Assembly (NCBI RefSeq): GCF_006345805.1
Contig: NW_021836992.1
Coordinates: 1 to 22,187, forward strand
Length of the DNA: 22,187 nt
Direction of reading: 5' to 3'
Source: Octopus sinensis
Taxonomy: Eukaryota
Part shown: positions 20,433-22,187 of the stretch, in pieces
How the letters are laid out: each line of letters opens with the position of its first letter
Position numbering within the stretch: the stretch's first letter is position 1
Translations under genes and position numbers: made by a program
Notes under the pieces: model-generated
Database searches by the model: none
Told to the model about the DNA's origin: nothing
What the model saw: the letters and a program-made list of their open reading frames with translations, nothing else

Positions 20433-20619
20433 GAATACATGCATACATACATACACATACATACACACACACACACACATATATATATAAATGTATGTAT
20501 GTATGTATATGTATAATTACACGCATATTAATATAATTTATACACACATTTATAATACATAAAAACGTTTTTGTACGTATGTGTACGTACAAAACTACAT
20601 ATTAATATAAATACATACC

Positions 20620-20666
<47 letters not shown>

Positions 20667-20850
20667 ATATATATATGTACATATAAACATGTATGTATAT
20701 ATATATACTATGTATATATTTATATATGTATACATACATACACACATACATACATACATACATACATACATAAATAAATATATATATATATATAGACACA
20801 TATACACATACATATATACATACATGTATACGTACACACACGGACATGTA
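19285..20850. repeat. (CA)/(TA)/(CATA)/(AAT) microsatellite field interrupted by a unique island (about 19760-20060)
   Basis: Direct reading. Confidence 0.9.
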
Positions 20851-21329
20851 TGAAATCTGTGTGTGTATTTATGAACGTACATTTGCGTAAGTATCAATTT
20901 GAAATGTGTCGTCTGCTTTATTTCTCTCCATCCTCTCACTTATGATCACATCTCAAATAAACCATAAATAAACATACTCACAAGTAAATTATTCAGATAT
21001 ATTCGACTAGAATTCAGAATCTTTCATCTTAATAGATTCGATTTCAGCTTTATTAATTGATTTAATTATATAAATAATCTGATTAGGCCCTTACTTATAT
21101 TACTTAACTGGCTTCTTAATTACTTTTCTTGATTGGATACAGACGATGTTGTGTATAAATGAAATGATATGCAGCCCTTGAAGAAATGCTGCCAGTCTTA
21201 AAACTGTTTATATGGAAACATCAGCTCTCAGAGAAACGTTAACGCATTGATGTGTCACACATATCCACACAGCTTAGTTATATGCAGAGCTATGCAAAAT
21301 ATACACTTTCGTATATACGTATAGATATA

Positions 21330-21351
21330 CACACATACATGCATACATACA

Positions 21352-21385
<34 letters not shown>

Positions 21386-21516
21386 CAATACATGCATGCA
21401 TACACCCATGCATACTTACATACATACATACATACATACAAGCATGCATACATACATACATACATACATACATACATACATACAAGCATGCATACATACA
21501 TACATACATACATACA

Positions 21517-21551
<35 letters not shown>

Positions 21552-21582
21552 GTGTAAATGTATCCATCTCTCAATATATCTT

Positions 21583-21651
<69 letters not shown>

Positions 21652-21660
21652 ATCTATCTA
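21330..21660. repeat. (CATA)n then (TATC)n
   Basis: Direct reading. Confidence 0.95.
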
Positions 21661-21860
21661 TACACACACATATGTACACATTTATACATACAAACACATA
21701 CGTACAGTCACACACGCATATGTACGCATTTATACATGCAAACACACTCATACACAGACACATACACATATATACACATTCATACATACAAACACATACT
21801 CACACACAGACACACACACATATATACACATTTATACATGCAAATACATACTTACACAGA
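21660..21860. repeat. about 50-bp minisatellite, 4 copies
   Basis: Anchor catt(t/c)atacat(a/g)caaa at 21679, 21727, 21777 and 21829. Confidence 0.8.
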
Positions 21861-21959
21861 CTTTGTTATTTCTGTCTTATCTATGTTGTGCTAAATTGTA
21901 TACTTATATGCGAGTGTGTATATATATAACCAAAAATAATAATACAATAAAAATCATAG

Positions 21960-22008
21960 CAACAACAACAACAGCAAAATAATAATAATAATAATAATAT
22001 GTAATAAT

Positions 22009-22048
<40 letters not shown>

Positions 22049-22064
22049 TTAATTAATTATATAA

Positions 22065-22106
<42 letters not shown>

Positions 22107-22187
22107 TGTAATAATATAATAATAATAATAATAATAATAATATAATAATAATGTATAATTATAATAATAATAATAATAATAATAATA
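21960..22187. repeat. (AAT)n tract running to the window end
   Basis: Direct reading. Confidence 0.95.

Noticed and set aside
24-22187. Numerous long ORFs rich in YI, MYVC, SIYL, poly-L, poly-S, poly-V or poly-T
   Set aside because: They are translations of TA, TATG, TATC, CTA and ACC microsatellites, which lack stop codons in some frames.

Overview
Eukaryotic, AT-rich, repeat-dominated non-coding (intergenic or intronic) window. The microsatellite load and the tRNA-derived SINE families look like an octopod cephalopod genome (inference from recalled repeat families, no search run). No host protein-coding gene, RNA gene, operon or CRISPR array is supported, and most ORF-track entries are translated microsatellites. 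Supported content: about 20 SINE copies from three families (A: CORE-like; B: carries an internal microsatellite; C: very abundant, with alternative 3' tails), a 5'-truncated CR1/L2-type LINE with an 8-bp TSD, the 3' end of an L1/Tx1-type LINE, a probable decayed piggyBac transposase, probable hAT, mariner and Helitron-like non-autonomous pieces, and many micro/minisatellites. The most interesting signal is a short 3'-terminal stem-loop with a CTTG(N) loop and co-varying stems, shared by otherwise different SINE-C tails and by both LINE 3' ends. I found no evidence for a novel enzymatic system.
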